Assembly: GCA_001643675.2 (NCBI GenBank)
Contig: LSRY02000008.1
Coordinates: 372,001-436,000 of the forward strand
Source: Monocercomonoides exilis PA203
Taxonomy: Eukaryota > Protista > Preaxostyla
Length of the DNA stretch: 64,000 nucleotides
Direction of reading: 5' to 3'
A model generated the notes under the pieces. It did no database searches. It was given only the letters and a program-made list of their open reading frames with translations, and was not told the origin of the DNA. Made by a program: the position numbers and the translations under genes. Shown piece after piece: positions 53,313-63,640 of this stretch; position 1 is the first letter of the stretch, and every line of letters begins with the position of its first letter.

Positions 53313-55006
53313 ATTCGAAAAAAAAAAATAATTCAATTATATAATTAATATTTCAAATTCGGAATTAATAATTCGAATTCGAAAAAAAATAATTCAATTT
53401 CGAAAATGATTATTTCAATTTCGAAATTCATTCAAAAACTGAAATTTTCAATTTTTCTCGAGAATGGATTTCGGAAAAGTTCAAGTTATTTTTTTTTACC
53501 AATCAAATACACCAAAAATTATTCAAAGTCGAAAAACTTTCAACCAAAGTCGAAAAACTTTCAAACGAAATCGAAAGTTTTCATTCGAAGTCGAAAAACT
53601 TTCATTCAAAGTCGAAAACTTTCATTCGAAGTCGAAAAAGTTTCAATCAAAGTCGAAAACTTTCATTCAAAGTCGAAAAAGTTTCAAACGAAATCGAAAA
53701 AATTTCAATCGAAATCGAAAAACTTTCAAGCAAAGTCGAAAGTTCGAAATTTTTCAAAATTTCAAAAAGTTGACAAAATTCAATAAAAGTCAAAAAACAT
53801 TTTTATTGTTGAAATATCATGATATTTGTTGTTTTAATGATTTTTCATCTTTTTTCCGATGTTTTTCTTTGCCTTCTTTTGTCCAATCACAAAAATAAGA
53901 AATGTGAGAGAAATACTGATGTATTTTTATCTTTTTTCAATTGAAAGAACACTGCTTTTCAAAAGATTTGCAAAAAAATAAATATGTATATTTTTTCACA
54001 ATAAATGAAGAATGATGCACGCAACATTGGCTCTCTTATTTCGCGTTTTTCATATCAAAAAATTCATTTATTGTGGAAGGAAACAAATGTTTTGTGTTTC
54101 GTTCAGAGTTTATTTTTGAGTTTATTTTGATTCGAAATTTTCAAAATATGCAGAAAACAATAACACAAATATTGCTGATAATAATCACAAAAACAAAAGA
54201 ATATTTTTATCTTTTGTGGAATACTTTTTATTTAACGTTTTTATTTTTGTCAAAATTTCGATTTCGATTGAAATTTTTTCGATTTCGTTTGAAACTTTTT
54301 CGACTTTGAATGAAAGTTTTCGACTTTGATTGAAACTTTTTCGACTTCGAATGAAAGTTTTCGACTTTGAATGAAAGTTTTTCGACTTCGAATGAAAACT
54401 TTCGATTTCGTTTGAAAGTTTTTCGACTTTGGTTGAAAGTTTTTCGATTTCGATTGAAAGTTTTTCGACTTTGAATAATTTTTGGTGTATAAAAACTCAA
54501 AAAAACTATTCTTTGTAAATTGAAACAATCCATAAATCAATTTTTTGAAAAAAAATTTATTTTCAAAAATCATCACTCAAAAGAAAAAAATAATTAAAAA
54601 AATTCATTCTATATAATACACAATTAAAAATTGCAAATAATCAATCACAATTTATTGAATAGCGAAAAACAAAATATTTTTTCAACAATAATTTTTTTTT
54701 AAGTTTCTTTGGAGTGAAAAAAGAAAAACATCAATTTTTTATACAAAAATGAATTCATTTTTTTTTTGAAAAACTTCTATAAAAGAAATATGAATTAAAA
54801 ATGAATGATATTTTTTAAATGAAAATGCATCATTTTTCGAATATATATAAACAAAGTGAACTGATGAGATAAAACTTTAAAGAATTAACAATCCAAAACA
54901 CAAGTTATTCATTTAACAAATCAGCAAAATAATTATTTTCGAAATCGAAGTATTCTTTTTAGAAATCGAATTAATAAATTAAGAATTTGAACAATTTTTT
55001 TCGAAT
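53313..55006. mobile_element. Foldback-like element with nested inverted arms built from about 20-bp tandem units
   Basis: Inner arms about 53507-53717 and 54258-54490 (unit AAAGTCGAAAAACTTTCAWYC); more diverged outer arms 53352-53415 and 54927-54991. Confidence 0.65.
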
Positions 55007-55212
55007 TAGATTTATTTTTTGTGAATATTGTTTTAAAAAAACAAAGAAATGTGAACACTTTAATTTATATTTAGTGTATTGCTGAATCACTTAAATTTTA
55101 TTTATTTTTCTTTTTTCAAAAATGGAGAAAAAATATCAAATAGTGATTTATTTCATAAAAGTGTTCCATTTTCGACATAAAATTTGAAACTTTCAATAAA
55201 ATAAGTGTTTAA

Positions 55213-56511
55213 GGCATGACCTTCGATCATGGCATCTTTTTTGATCTGTCCCAATATCATATAAAAAATATCAAATTGAATTTTTTTGTTTCATAAATTA
55301 GTTCAGAATAATGGAAATTGAGGAAAATTCCACTGAAATAAATACACCTCATATCTTATTCAAAACATTCAGCAACAGTGAAAGCAGTTAACACGAGTTA
55401 TTCGATAATAAAATAATTTCCAATTCAAAGAAATGCTCACTATGCAACGAAGATATGTATTTCTACACATATCCAACAGGAAGATTTGTCTGTCATTGCA
55501 GAAAATGCAAAAGCAATAATTCTATTTTTATAAATACTCCTTTTTATCATACAAAAGGAAAAATTGAACTTATATTACAAACTATTTTGTTATTTCACTT
55601 AGGCCTGCAGCAGCTTCAGGCCAGATCTCTTACAGGCCTTGTCGAAAAAATAACGGGGGAAATTTTTGCAATTTGCCGACAAGCTTGTTATTCGGAATTC
55701 TACTCAAAAAAAGAAAAATTAGGAGGTGTATGAAAGGTTGTCGAATTGGATGAGTGTTCATTGCGGAAAAGGAAGAATCATAGGTGCAGATCCAAAAAGC
55801 AGGTTTGGATATTTGGAATCAACGAAAAAAATCCTTTGGGAAATAAAGCATTTATAATTCCAGTGAAAAAAGGGGACTCAAAAACGCTGCTAAATATTAT
55901 CACAAAAACCGTTGAGCCTGGGACAATGATATATTCAGATTGTTGGAAAGCTTGCTCAAAGTTGTCGGAGCTTGGTTTTGGGCACGAAACAGTTGATCAT
56001 AGAAAGAAATTTAAAAATAAAATTACAAACTGTCAAACAAATAACATCGAAGCTGTCTGGAGTAGGTTAAGAAGATATTTGCCACCAAATGGAACAAGCC
56101 TGCGTCACATTGAAGATTACATTGCTGCATTAATATTGCTTAAATTGAGAAAAATTCCACACAGAAGTTATTAGAAATTGTTTTTGAATATAATTCAGAG
56201 AGATACGAAAAAACATTCGAAAAAGTTTATGAAATAAGTGAAGATGAAACTGAAACAGCAATGAGCTGTATTTCATCCGTTGGAACAGATGACACAGATG
56301 AAACAGTTTATTCGATTGAGAAAAAAACGGAAAATGATGAAGAAAAAGCTTCCAGTTGGGAAGAATCTGATTCAATTTAATTTTTTGAGCTTTAATTTGT
56401 TTGCACAAAAATTTTCATTTCAGAGATCACTGAAAAAATTAGAATACTTAATATTTTTAAATTTTCTAAGAGGTTTGATTAAAAAAGGATGCCATGATCG
56501 GAAGTCATGCC
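55213..56511 (+). mobile_element. Merlin (IS1016/IS1595-like) DNA transposon, decayed
   Basis: About 30-bp TIRs GGCATGACCTTCGATCATGGCATC / GATGCCATGATCGGAAGTCATGCC; degenerate flank repeat TGTTTAA/TTTTTAA; internal ISXO2-type transposase. Confidence 0.88.
55311..56174 (+). pseudogene. Merlin/ISXO2-like DDE transposase pseudogene
   Basis: One frame from ATG 55311 with stops at 55389 and 55731. Zn ribbon CSLC..CRKC; motifs VVELDEC, VWIFG, PGTMIYSDCWKA, HETVDH, TNNIEAVWSRLR. Confidence 0.88.
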
Positions 56512-56627
56512 TTTTTAAATAGCAAATTTGATGAGAGCTTGATATTATTTTTTCTAATGATTTATTCACATTTTTATTGAATTAATTGTTTCATTATGTG
56601 TAGTTTATTATTTCGAAAAGAACAACC

Positions 56628-56689
56628 TAATCTACAACACCTCTTGTTATGGGAGTAGACCCATGTAATAACGGGGCTAGTCGATCAAA
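56628..56689 (+). repeat. 3' ITR of DIRS element 2
   Basis: Exact reverse complement of 61147-61208. Confidence 0.92.
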
Positions 56690-56875
56690 GAAATGAAATA
56701 AAATAGGCAAGATGATATGAGAAATGTGCTGTGTGACAAACAAAAGCACTGAGGTGTCGCAAAAAACGAATGTTAATAATGGTGAAAATGAAAAATCATC
56801 TTTTATGATAAGGGAAATAATAATAATGATAATAATAAAGAGAAAAGGGTGGGAAAAGTTTTCTTTGAGGTGGGA

Positions 56876-56979
56876 AAGAGGTGTTGTAGATTAGGTTGTT
56901 CTTTTCGAATTAAAAGGCGCAAGCCTATTAATTCTAAAGAACGACCGGTTAATCTACAACACCTCTTGTTATGGGAGTA
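56876..56979. repeat. ICR of DIRS element 2
   Basis: Reverse complement of 56612-56645 fused to the reverse complement of 61179-61249; junction CTTTTCGAATTAAAAGG. Confidence 0.9.
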
Positions 56980-56982
56980 ACG

Positions 56983-59900
56983 TTAATTGGGCTTCGTCAC
57001 TCCATCACTTATAAAAGTAATTTCCTTTGATCTTACCGTTTCCCTCTCTCTTATTGTAACCGTTGCCTCTATTTTTCCAATCTTTTCCTCTCGCTGTATA
57101 TCAATTGCATTTGCAGCCAGTTCATTTTGAGTATTTGCTATTGGGGCGATTGCATGAGAAGGGGATCCTGTGAGCAAACAGTCCGCCTGACCGGTTGTGT
57201 TGAGCGTTATGCTGGGCATTTCACCAGGCTGGCTTGCCAAAGGCGGTTGTGGGATAAACGCCAAGGGACCTCTTATATCTGATGATATGGACCTTGGAGG
57301 CTGAGGGACTAGTGCCTGTTGGAACGTTTGCATTGGATTGAGGGACAACTGAGGGGAGAAGGCTTCTGGGAAAGGTCCGGCCAATATTTGCTGCATTCCG
57401 GATGATATATTGGACTTGAAATATGACCGTGAAGGTGTATGTGCTGTAGGCGACAACCTTGCGTGATGCGCGATAAGCACCTCTGGCACCCCCTTTAAGG
57501 AGTAAGCTGAAATGGAAGCCGCTTTTAATGTGTACGGTCTGAATTCCGCTGGAATCCCAACCTGGTCCATCGCCCGTCTTGCCAGCTTTCTTACTCCATT
57601 AACTGTAAGTGGGGTTTTCACCACTGTATTAAGAAGGAATGTGTCATTGTGAGGATATGTTTCTTTCACCCTCCTCCATAATTCCAAGACTGCTCGATAG
57701 GGGCAAATTTTTTCTTGATCCGGGCGCATAGCTGCGATAGTTATGAACGATCTTTGTAATTGTGTCTTCATCTTCGTGTTCAGGTAGATTGCATCCTGCG
57801 TAACAATTGAACGTTGCATGGAGATGGCTGCTAACTCAGCAAAGCGGCACGATGAAAATAACATGCATAAAACGATGCATTTTAATGTGAGGTCATAAAA
57901 TGTGAGCTGCTCATTCGTTGGCTGTCTTTCAAAGAAATCAAAAAATTGATTTGGCGACCACATTGAGGTATACGGTGTTCGAGGGATATGACTTCTGGCA
58001 AACGATCTGAAGATAGAGTTCACAATTGCTGCTTCTCCTAAGTCTTTATCGAACACGAGTTTTGAAATGAGTGACATAGCTGAGCGTGTTTGACTTAACA
58101 CAGAATAAGAAATTCCGTTGTCCCTTAAAGAAATAAAGCTGAGGCAACAACCTTTTATCCAACTGCTCCACTCCTTCGGGCAATCTATCCCATCCGGAAA
58201 ACCTGTGAGCTTGCCAAATAATGCATAGCCATAAGTGTAAACGGTCCATGTCGTCTCGCACACGCTCCCTTTCACTTCCAAGGCAATTCTATTGTCAATG
58301 CTGTTTCTCTCTGCTGTTCTGAAATAAAACTGTTCACCTCTCTGTCTCACCATAACTTTGCTGCCATGTACTGTCCCGGTGGAAGCGTTGCACCCGCTTG
58401 AGTCATTCCCATTCCAGGCTTCAAACAATAATTGCTGCGATTCCAGATTATGCAACGCGTCATTAACTTGTCCAAGAGCTGATTCCACACCTGCCCTCTC
58501 CAATTCGGTAGGAGCAGAATTGCTCTCGCTTTCTCTGCTGCTATCTTCCGAAGCGTCGGAAGCAAAAGCGGAATTGGAGGATGTGCCCAAACTATCTCCT
58601 GACTCCACTTCCATGCGAGACCGTCTTCGCATATGTGGCTTCCTGGTCCGCACCACCTTCTTAGTTTGTGGTTTCGTCTTGAGGCGAACGCGTCGATGGT
58701 TGGTTGAACCTTCAATTCTTGCAGAACTTCTTCCATGGCTTCGTTGTTTATTTGGTAGTCTCCCGCTCGCTCCAGGCGAGACAGAGCGTCTGCTTCTATA
58801 TTGTTCGCTCCCGGAATATGAACTGCTTTCACAACTAGCTGTTCCTTTGTCACAAGGCTGTGAATCTTCTTCAATAGACATCTCAGATTCCTTCCTGCCC
58901 CCCAACGATTGATGTTGAAAACTGCTGACGTGTTGTCCGATCTGATCAGCAGGCGCTTCATTCTTTGATCCCTGAGCAGTGGGCGGAAGTGCAGGAGTGA
59001 TAGTAATATTGCTAGCAACTCCCTGTAATTGGATGATTGTGTTCTGGCTGCCGCCCTGAATGATGTGTGGAAGATTAACTTCTTTCGAGCAATTTGCAGG
59101 GTTGCTCCAGCTGCTGTCGGAGAAGCATCCGTTGTCAGAATTGCCTGCCATGGCTGGAAGGAATTGAGTTTGCGTGGTTTGTTGAGGAGAAGACGGGTTT
59201 GCCAGTATTGAATTTGGCCTAAGACCTTGGGACTGAGCCGGAACGATCCACCCCACCCCGCCTTCTTGACTGCCTTGGTTAGGGATTCGTAAAGCGTATT
59301 CATGTGCAGGGATGCATCCTGTGCAACAGACCTGATTGCACTGATTGATCCCACAAATCCCGCATAATGCCTCGTTCTCACTTGCACGTTTCTCATAGCG
59401 ATCCTTGCCCATCTCTTGCACATTGCACACAAGCTCATCCTCCTCTCCTGTTCTAAGCACACACTCATCCGGTTCGTATTCCATATCCATCCCAGATAAG
59501 TGAACACTTGCTTTGGGGCTGTCTCGCTCTTCTCTTTGTTGATGATGAAACCCAGTGTTTCGAACCACTGAGAAATCTCTTTCGTAATCCTTGAAAGTTC
59601 TTCTGCATCTTGGTGAAGGAGGAGCACGTCGTCGAGGTACGAAACACAGCGAACGTTCCATCTCTGTCTCACTTTCTTTACAACCTCTCGCATCACCTTT
59701 GTGAAGATACGTGGTGCATCCTTCATTCCAAATGGCATGCCTTCGAATGCGAAGTACTGGTCGCCGAGCTTGAATGCAAGGTACGGGATGAACGATTCGT
59801 TCACTGGAATCTGGAAATATGCTTGCGAAAGGTCTAATGATGTTGCAAAGTCTCCCTCTTGAAGAAGCTTCTCCACAGTGCGTTGGTCTTCCATCTTGAA

Positions 59901-60330
59901 GTGAGTGTTCTTCAACGCGGCATTCAGCGGGCGACAGTCCAAGACTTGGCGGTATTTTCCGTTCTTCTTGGGGATGAAGAATAGGTTGCTCAGACATTTG
60001 ACTTCTGCTTTCTTCAGCTGCCTGAGAATTCTTGCTTGAATTCCTTCCTTTACCCAGCGCGCGCATTCTTCTCGCTCTATTTCTGTGCCGATGAATCCTT
60101 TTCCTGCAGCAACTTCTTTTTCTAGTTTTTCTCTGGCTTGCTTCCCTTTCCAAATCGGCTTGATTCCGTTGGAGATTATTCTCCTCACTGGCATGTCTAT
60201 CCATGCCTGGAGGAAGAATTTCGTTCTTCCTCCTATGACACCCTCTGGTATTTCTACTGGGAGGACTTCCTCCCGACAGAGCGGCTTCGGAATCTGCTTG
60301 TACTCTTGTTTCTCCTTCGATTCCATCCAA
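56983..60330 (-). CDS. Tyrosine recombinase ORF of DIRS element 2 (domain about 57390-58340; N-terminal part overlaps RT)
   Basis: TTWTVY, SSCRFAEL, MKT, ICPY, PYTLKAAS, ARLSP, RSY. Confidence 0.85.
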   Translation of the reverse strand: MDGIEGETRVQADSEAALSGGSPPSRNTRGCHRRKNEILPPGMDRHASEENNLQRNQADLEREASQRKTRKRSCCRKRIHRHRNRARRMRALGKGRNSSKNSQAAEESRSQMSEQPILHPQEERKIPPSLGLSPAECRVEEHSLQDGRPTHCGEASSRGRLCNIIRPFASIFPDSSERIVHPVPCIQARRPVLRIRRHAIWNEGCTTYLHKGDARGCKESETEMERSLCFVPRRRAPPSPRCRRTFKDYERDFSVVRNTGFHHQQREERDSPKASVHLSGMDMEYEPDECVLRTGEEDELVCNVQEMGKDRYEKRASENEALCGICGINQCNQVCCTGCIPAHEYALRIPNQGSQEGGVGWIVPAQSQGLRPNSILANPSSPQQTTQTQFLPAMAGNSDNGCFSDSSWSNPANCSKEVNLPHIIQGGSQNTIIQLQGVASNITITPALPPTAQGSKNEAPADQIGQHVSSFQHQSLGGRKESEMSIEEDSQPCDKGTASCESSSYSGSEQYRSRRSVSPGASGRLPNKQRSHGRSSARIEGSTNHRRVRLKTKPQTKKVVRTRKPHMRRRSRMEVESGDSLGTSSNSAFASDASEDSSRESESNSAPTELERAGVESALGQVNDALHNLESQQLLFEAWNGNDSSGCNASTGTVHGSKVMVRQRGEQFYFRTAERNSIDNRIALEVKGSVCETTWTVYTYGYALFGKLTGFPDGIDCPKEWSSWIKGCCLSFISLRDNGISYSVLSQTRSAMSLISKLVFDKDLGEAAIVNSIFRSFARSHIPRTPYTSMWSPNQFFDFFERQPTNEQLTFYDLTLKCIVLCMLFSSCRFAELAAISMQRSIVTQDAIYLNTKMKTQLQRSFITIAAMRPDQEKICPYRAVLELWRRVKETYPHNDTFLLNTVVKTPLTVNGVRKLARRAMDQVGIPAEFRPYTLKAASISAYSLKGVPEVLIAHHARLSPTAHTPSRSYFKSNISSGMQQILAGPFPEAFSPQLSLNPMQTFQQALVPQPPRSISSDIRGPLAFIPQPPLASQPGEMPSITLNTTGQADCLLTGSPSHAIAPIANTQNELAANAIDIQREEKIGKIEATVTIRERETVRSKEITFISDGVTKPN

Positions 60331-60341
60331 TTCCTCGCCAT
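58347..60341 (-). CDS. pol: Reverse transcriptase-RNase H-methyltransferase-like ORF of DIRS element 2
   Basis: LDLSQAY, MPFGMKDAPRIFTK, YLDD, TTDAS, SSNYREL, IRSDN, ADALSR, IDAFAS, HPPIPL. Confidence 0.93.
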   Translation of the reverse strand: MARNWMESKEKQEYKQIPKPLCREEVLPVEIPEGVIGGRTKFFLQAWIDMPVRRIISNGIKPIWKGKQAREKLEKEVAAGKGFIGTEIEREECARWVKEGIQARILRQLKKAEVKCLSNLFFIPKKNGKYRQVLDCRPLNAALKNTHFKMEDQRTVEKLLQEGDFATSLDLSQAYFQIPVNESFIPYLAFKLGDQYFAFEGMPFGMKDAPRIFTKVMREVVKKVRQRWNVRCVSYLDDVLLLHQDAEELSRITKEISQWFETLGFIINKEKSETAPKQVFTYLGWIWNTNRMSVCLEQERRMSLCAMCKRWARIAMRNVQVRTRHYAGFVGSISAIRSVAQDASLHMNTLYESLTKAVKKAGWGGSFRLSPKVLGQIQYWQTRLLLNKPRKLNSFQPWQAILTTDASPTAAGATLQIARKKLIFHTSFRAAARTQSSNYRELLAILLSLLHFRPLLRDQRMKRLLIRSDNTSAVFNINRWGAGRNLRCLLKKIHSLVTKEQLVVKAVHIPGANNIEADALSRLERAGDYQINNEAMEEVLQELKVQPTIDAFASRRNHKLRRWCGPGSHICEDGLAWKWSQEIVWAHPPIPLLLPTLRKIAAEKARAILLLPNWRGQVWNQLLDKLMTRCIIWNRSNYCLKPGMGMTQAGATLPPGQYMAAKLW

Positions 60342-61132
60342 TTGTTGGGTTTTGCGTAGTTCTCCCCCCGAAAAAACCGCCTTCTCTGTGAGATTCTCAC
60401 ACGCGAACGGCCTCCGATACTGCTCCTGTATGTGGATATCGGCTGTGCTCGTTTAATAACTTCTTTTTGGTAATCTGTGAGTAAGGGATCATCCATTTCC
60501 TCTCTTAATGCTCTCGCTGCAGCGAAACCCTGACGTCCTGCCACTCTCGTTATTCTGCTTTCCTGTAATGCTGCCGTTACCAGAGTGAGCGCATCTTCGA
60601 TTTGTGTCTTTGCTTCTCCGTGTGCTGCGCCTCTCGCCAATAGAAGGGCCTTAATGGTAGGGCAGAGCTTCTTTTCAATTCGCTCCCCTGCTTGATCCAG
60701 GGCATCCGATGCCCACTTTGCTGTAAACTCGGGTTTGCGAATTGACGAAGGGATGAACGGAACCAGGGGAATGGAATTATAGAATTCGATTGTTTCTACC
60801 ACGTCCCTCTTGTCTATTGGGATGTCAAAAATTTTATAAGATAAGACGCTGCCAAAGAAATCTGCAGCCTCTCGTTCCAGGATAACTTGCATTCTATCTT
60901 CTGGGTCGCTGTCACTTTCTTCACTTTGGGATTGTGAAGGCTGCAGAATCGATGACAAAGGTTCCGGTTGAGTTATTTGCGAATTAAAACTTGGAGGAAG
61001 AAGTAAATTTTCCTGTGACGCAGCAGAAGCACTGGAGGGGGATGTAAAGACTGCCCCACCGCTCGTTGGCCCGGCGGCCTGAATTCCAGGCATCGCTCCC
61101 GACGCGAGTCCAATTGTGCTTTGCTGGATCAT
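60254..61132 (-). CDS. gag: Gag-like ORF1 of DIRS element 2
   Basis: ATG at 61132 next to the ITR; homologous to ORF1 of element 1. Confidence 0.78.
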   Translation of the reverse strand: MIQQSTIGLASGAMPGIQAAGPTSGGAVFTSPSSASAASQENLLLPPSFNSQITQPEPLSSILQPSQSQSEESDSDPEDRMQVILEREAADFFGSVLSYKIFDIPIDKRDVVETIEFYNSIPLVPFIPSSIRKPEFTAKWASDALDQAGERIEKKLCPTIKALLLARGAAHGEAKTQIEDALTLVTAALQESRITRVAGRQGFAAARALREEMDDPLLTDYQKEVIKRAQPISTYRSSIGGRSRVRISQRRRFFRGENYAKPNKWRGIGWNRRRNKSTSRFRSRSVGRKSSQ

Positions 61133-61146
61133 CAAATAAAAATGTT

Positions 61147-61208
61147 TTTGATCGACTAGCCCCGTTATTACATGGGTCTACTCCCATAACAAGAGGTGTT
61201 GTAGATTA
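61147..61208 (-). repeat. 5' ITR of DIRS element 2
   Basis: Exact reverse complement of 56628-56689. Confidence 0.92.
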
Positions 61209-61366
61209 ACCGGTCGTTCTTTAGAATTAATAGGCTTGCGCCTTTTAATCGAAATATTGGGAAAAACCCATAATAAAACAGAATTTTTGAAAGATCAAAC
61301 ATATTTGTTAAATCACTTGTTTGCAAGCAACAAGCAATTACCTGCTTATTCAAAAATAACAAGGAA

Positions 61367-63640
61367 ATGGGAAATAAAGTTGATGCGATGAATCCTGATA
61401 AAGATTCTTTTGGATTGACAAAAGCCATGAATTGGATAATGAAGAATAAAACTGATCCACCGGAATGGATGAGACACGACATTGCACTTGCCAATAAGAA
61501 CGGATTCACAATGGCCATGATATGGATTGCAAATGTCAAAACAGAACCTCCCAAATGGATGAGACACGATACAACACTTACTCAAAAGGATAAAGAAACA
61601 ATGGCTATGATATGGATTCAAGAAGTCAAAACAGAACCGCCAGATTGGATGAGACATGATATTACACTTAAAGATAAAGACGGATGGACAATGGCCATGA
61701 TATGGATTCGGTTTGTTCAAACAGAACCACCAGGATGGATGAGAAACGATATTACGCTTGCTGATGAGAAAGGGTGGACAATGGCCATGATATGGATTGC
61801 AAATGTCAAAACAGAACCTCCCAAATGGATGAGGCATAGCATTACATTGCACACATATTTTAGATCAACAATGGCCATGCTATGGATTCAGTTTGTTCAA
61901 ACTGATCCACCGGAATGGATGAGACATGATGCAGCACTTGCCAATAAGAACGGATTAACAATGGCTATGATATGGATTATTTTAGTGAAGAAAGAACCAC
62001 CGAAATGGATGAGGCACAGCATAACACTAAAAGACAATTACGGAGCATCAATGGCTATGATATGGATTCAAGAAGTCAAAACAGAACCACCAGAGTGGAT
62101 GAGACACGATATTTCACTTGCTGATAAAGACCGATGGACGATGGCTATGTTTTGGATTCAGTTTGTTCAAACAGAACCACCAGAATGGACGAGGCATGAC
62201 ATTACACTTGCTGATAAGTACGGATTAACAATGGCTATGATATGGATTTATAATGTCAAAACAGAACCACCAGAATGGATGAGACATGGAATAACGCTTG
62301 GAAATAAAAAAAAAGAAACAATGGCAATGCTGTGGATTCGTTATGTAAAAACGGAACCACGAGAGTGGATGAGACACGAAAGCGCATTTGCAGATGATGA
62401 CGGATATGCAATGTCGATGTGGTGGATTCATTTTGTTCAAACCGATCCACCAGAATGGATGAGGCATGACATCACGCTTTGCAACAATTATGGTGCAACA
62501 ATGGCCATGTTGTGGATAAGAGAAGTCAAAACAGAACCTCCAGAGTGGATGAGGCATGATTCCACGCTTGCTGATAAAGACGGAGCAACAATGGCTATGT
62601 TGTGGATTCATTTTGTTCAAACAGAACCGCCAGAATGGATGAGACACGATATCACACTTTGCAGCAATAACGGAGCAACAATGGCCATGTTATGGATTCA
62701 AGACGTAAAGATAGAACCGCCAGAATGGATGAGACACGATGCCACACTTGCCAATAATAACGGATGGACAATGTCCATGCTTTGGATTCAAAATGTCAAG
62801 ACAGAGCCACCAGAATGGATGAGGCACGATGCAACACTAACTCAAAAAGATGGCTGGACAATAACAATGATATGGATTCAAGACGTCAAAACAGAACCTC
62901 CAGAATGGATGAGGCATGACATTACACTTCGCAGCAACTATGGATCAACAATGGCTATGATATGGATTATCTATGTTAATGAAGAGCCACCAGAATGGAT
63001 GAGACATAACATCACACTTCGTAACAGTAGCGGAGCTACAATGGCTATGATATGGATTTATCACGTCAAAACAGAACCACCAGAATGGATGAGACACAAC
63101 AATGAAGTTGTAGACAAGGAAGGACAGACAATGGCCATGCATTGGATCGAATATGTTAAAACAGAACCACCAGAATGGATGAGACACGATATTAAACTTG
63201 CCAGCAAGAATGAATGGACGATGGCAATGAAGTGGATTCAAGAAGTCAAAACAGAGCCACCAGAGTGGATGAGACATGATGCAACATTAGGGAATATCAA
63301 TAGAAATACGATGGCCATGTTGTGGATAACACATGCGAAAACAGACCCACCGGAATGGATGAGGCATGAAAGCACACTTGCAGACAACGATGGATGGACG
63401 ATGGCAATGTATTTTATTATTTGCGTAAGAGCTGATCCTCCTGAGTGGATGAGACACGATCCCACACTTGCTGATAAGAGCGGAAGGACAATGGCGATGC
63501 ATTGGATAAGAAACATCAAGACAGAGCCACCAGAGTGGATGAGGCACAATGCGGCCGTAAGAGACAAGTACGGAAAAACCATGGGGGATCATTGGAGAAT
63601 TCATGCTGACACAGGGGTACCATCTTGGATGAATGGTTGA
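61367..63640 (+). CDS. 30-aa tandem-repeat protein 3 (about 25 units)
   Basis: Complete ATG-TGA ORF of 757 aa with strict 90-bp periodicity and the same consensus as copies 1 and 2. Confidence 0.88.
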   Translation: MGNKVDAMNPDKDSFGLTKAMNWIMKNKTDPPEWMRHDIALANKNGFTMAMIWIANVKTEPPKWMRHDTTLTQKDKETMAMIWIQEVKTEPPDWMRHDITLKDKDGWTMAMIWIRFVQTEPPGWMRNDITLADEKGWTMAMIWIANVKTEPPKWMRHSITLHTYFRSTMAMLWIQFVQTDPPEWMRHDAALANKNGLTMAMIWIILVKKEPPKWMRHSITLKDNYGASMAMIWIQEVKTEPPEWMRHDISLADKDRWTMAMFWIQFVQTEPPEWTRHDITLADKYGLTMAMIWIYNVKTEPPEWMRHGITLGNKKKETMAMLWIRYVKTEPREWMRHESAFADDDGYAMSMWWIHFVQTDPPEWMRHDITLCNNYGATMAMLWIREVKTEPPEWMRHDSTLADKDGATMAMLWIHFVQTEPPEWMRHDITLCSNNGATMAMLWIQDVKIEPPEWMRHDATLANNNGWTMSMLWIQNVKTEPPEWMRHDATLTQKDGWTITMIWIQDVKTEPPEWMRHDITLRSNYGSTMAMIWIIYVNEEPPEWMRHNITLRNSSGATMAMIWIYHVKTEPPEWMRHNNEVVDKEGQTMAMHWIEYVKTEPPEWMRHDIKLASKNEWTMAMKWIQEVKTEPPEWMRHDATLGNINRNTMAMLWITHAKTDPPEWMRHESTLADNDGWTMAMYFIICVRADPPEWMRHDPTLADKSGRTMAMHWIRNIKTEPPEWMRHNAAVRDKYGKTMGDHWRIHADTGVPSWMNG

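Larger units (their letters stand above)
56612..61249 (-). mobile_element. DIRS1-type tyrosine-recombinase retrotransposon, element 2 (apparently intact, different family)
   Basis: gag, RT-RNaseH-MT and YR ORFs; perfect 62-bp ITRs 56628-56689/61147-61208; ICR 56876-56979. Confidence 0.93.

Noticed and set aside
53406-54576. CRISPR-like array or SKSKNF-repeat proteins
   Set aside because: The units are contiguous with no unique spacers and no cas genes; the ORFs are by-products of a stop-poor repeat mirrored on both strands.
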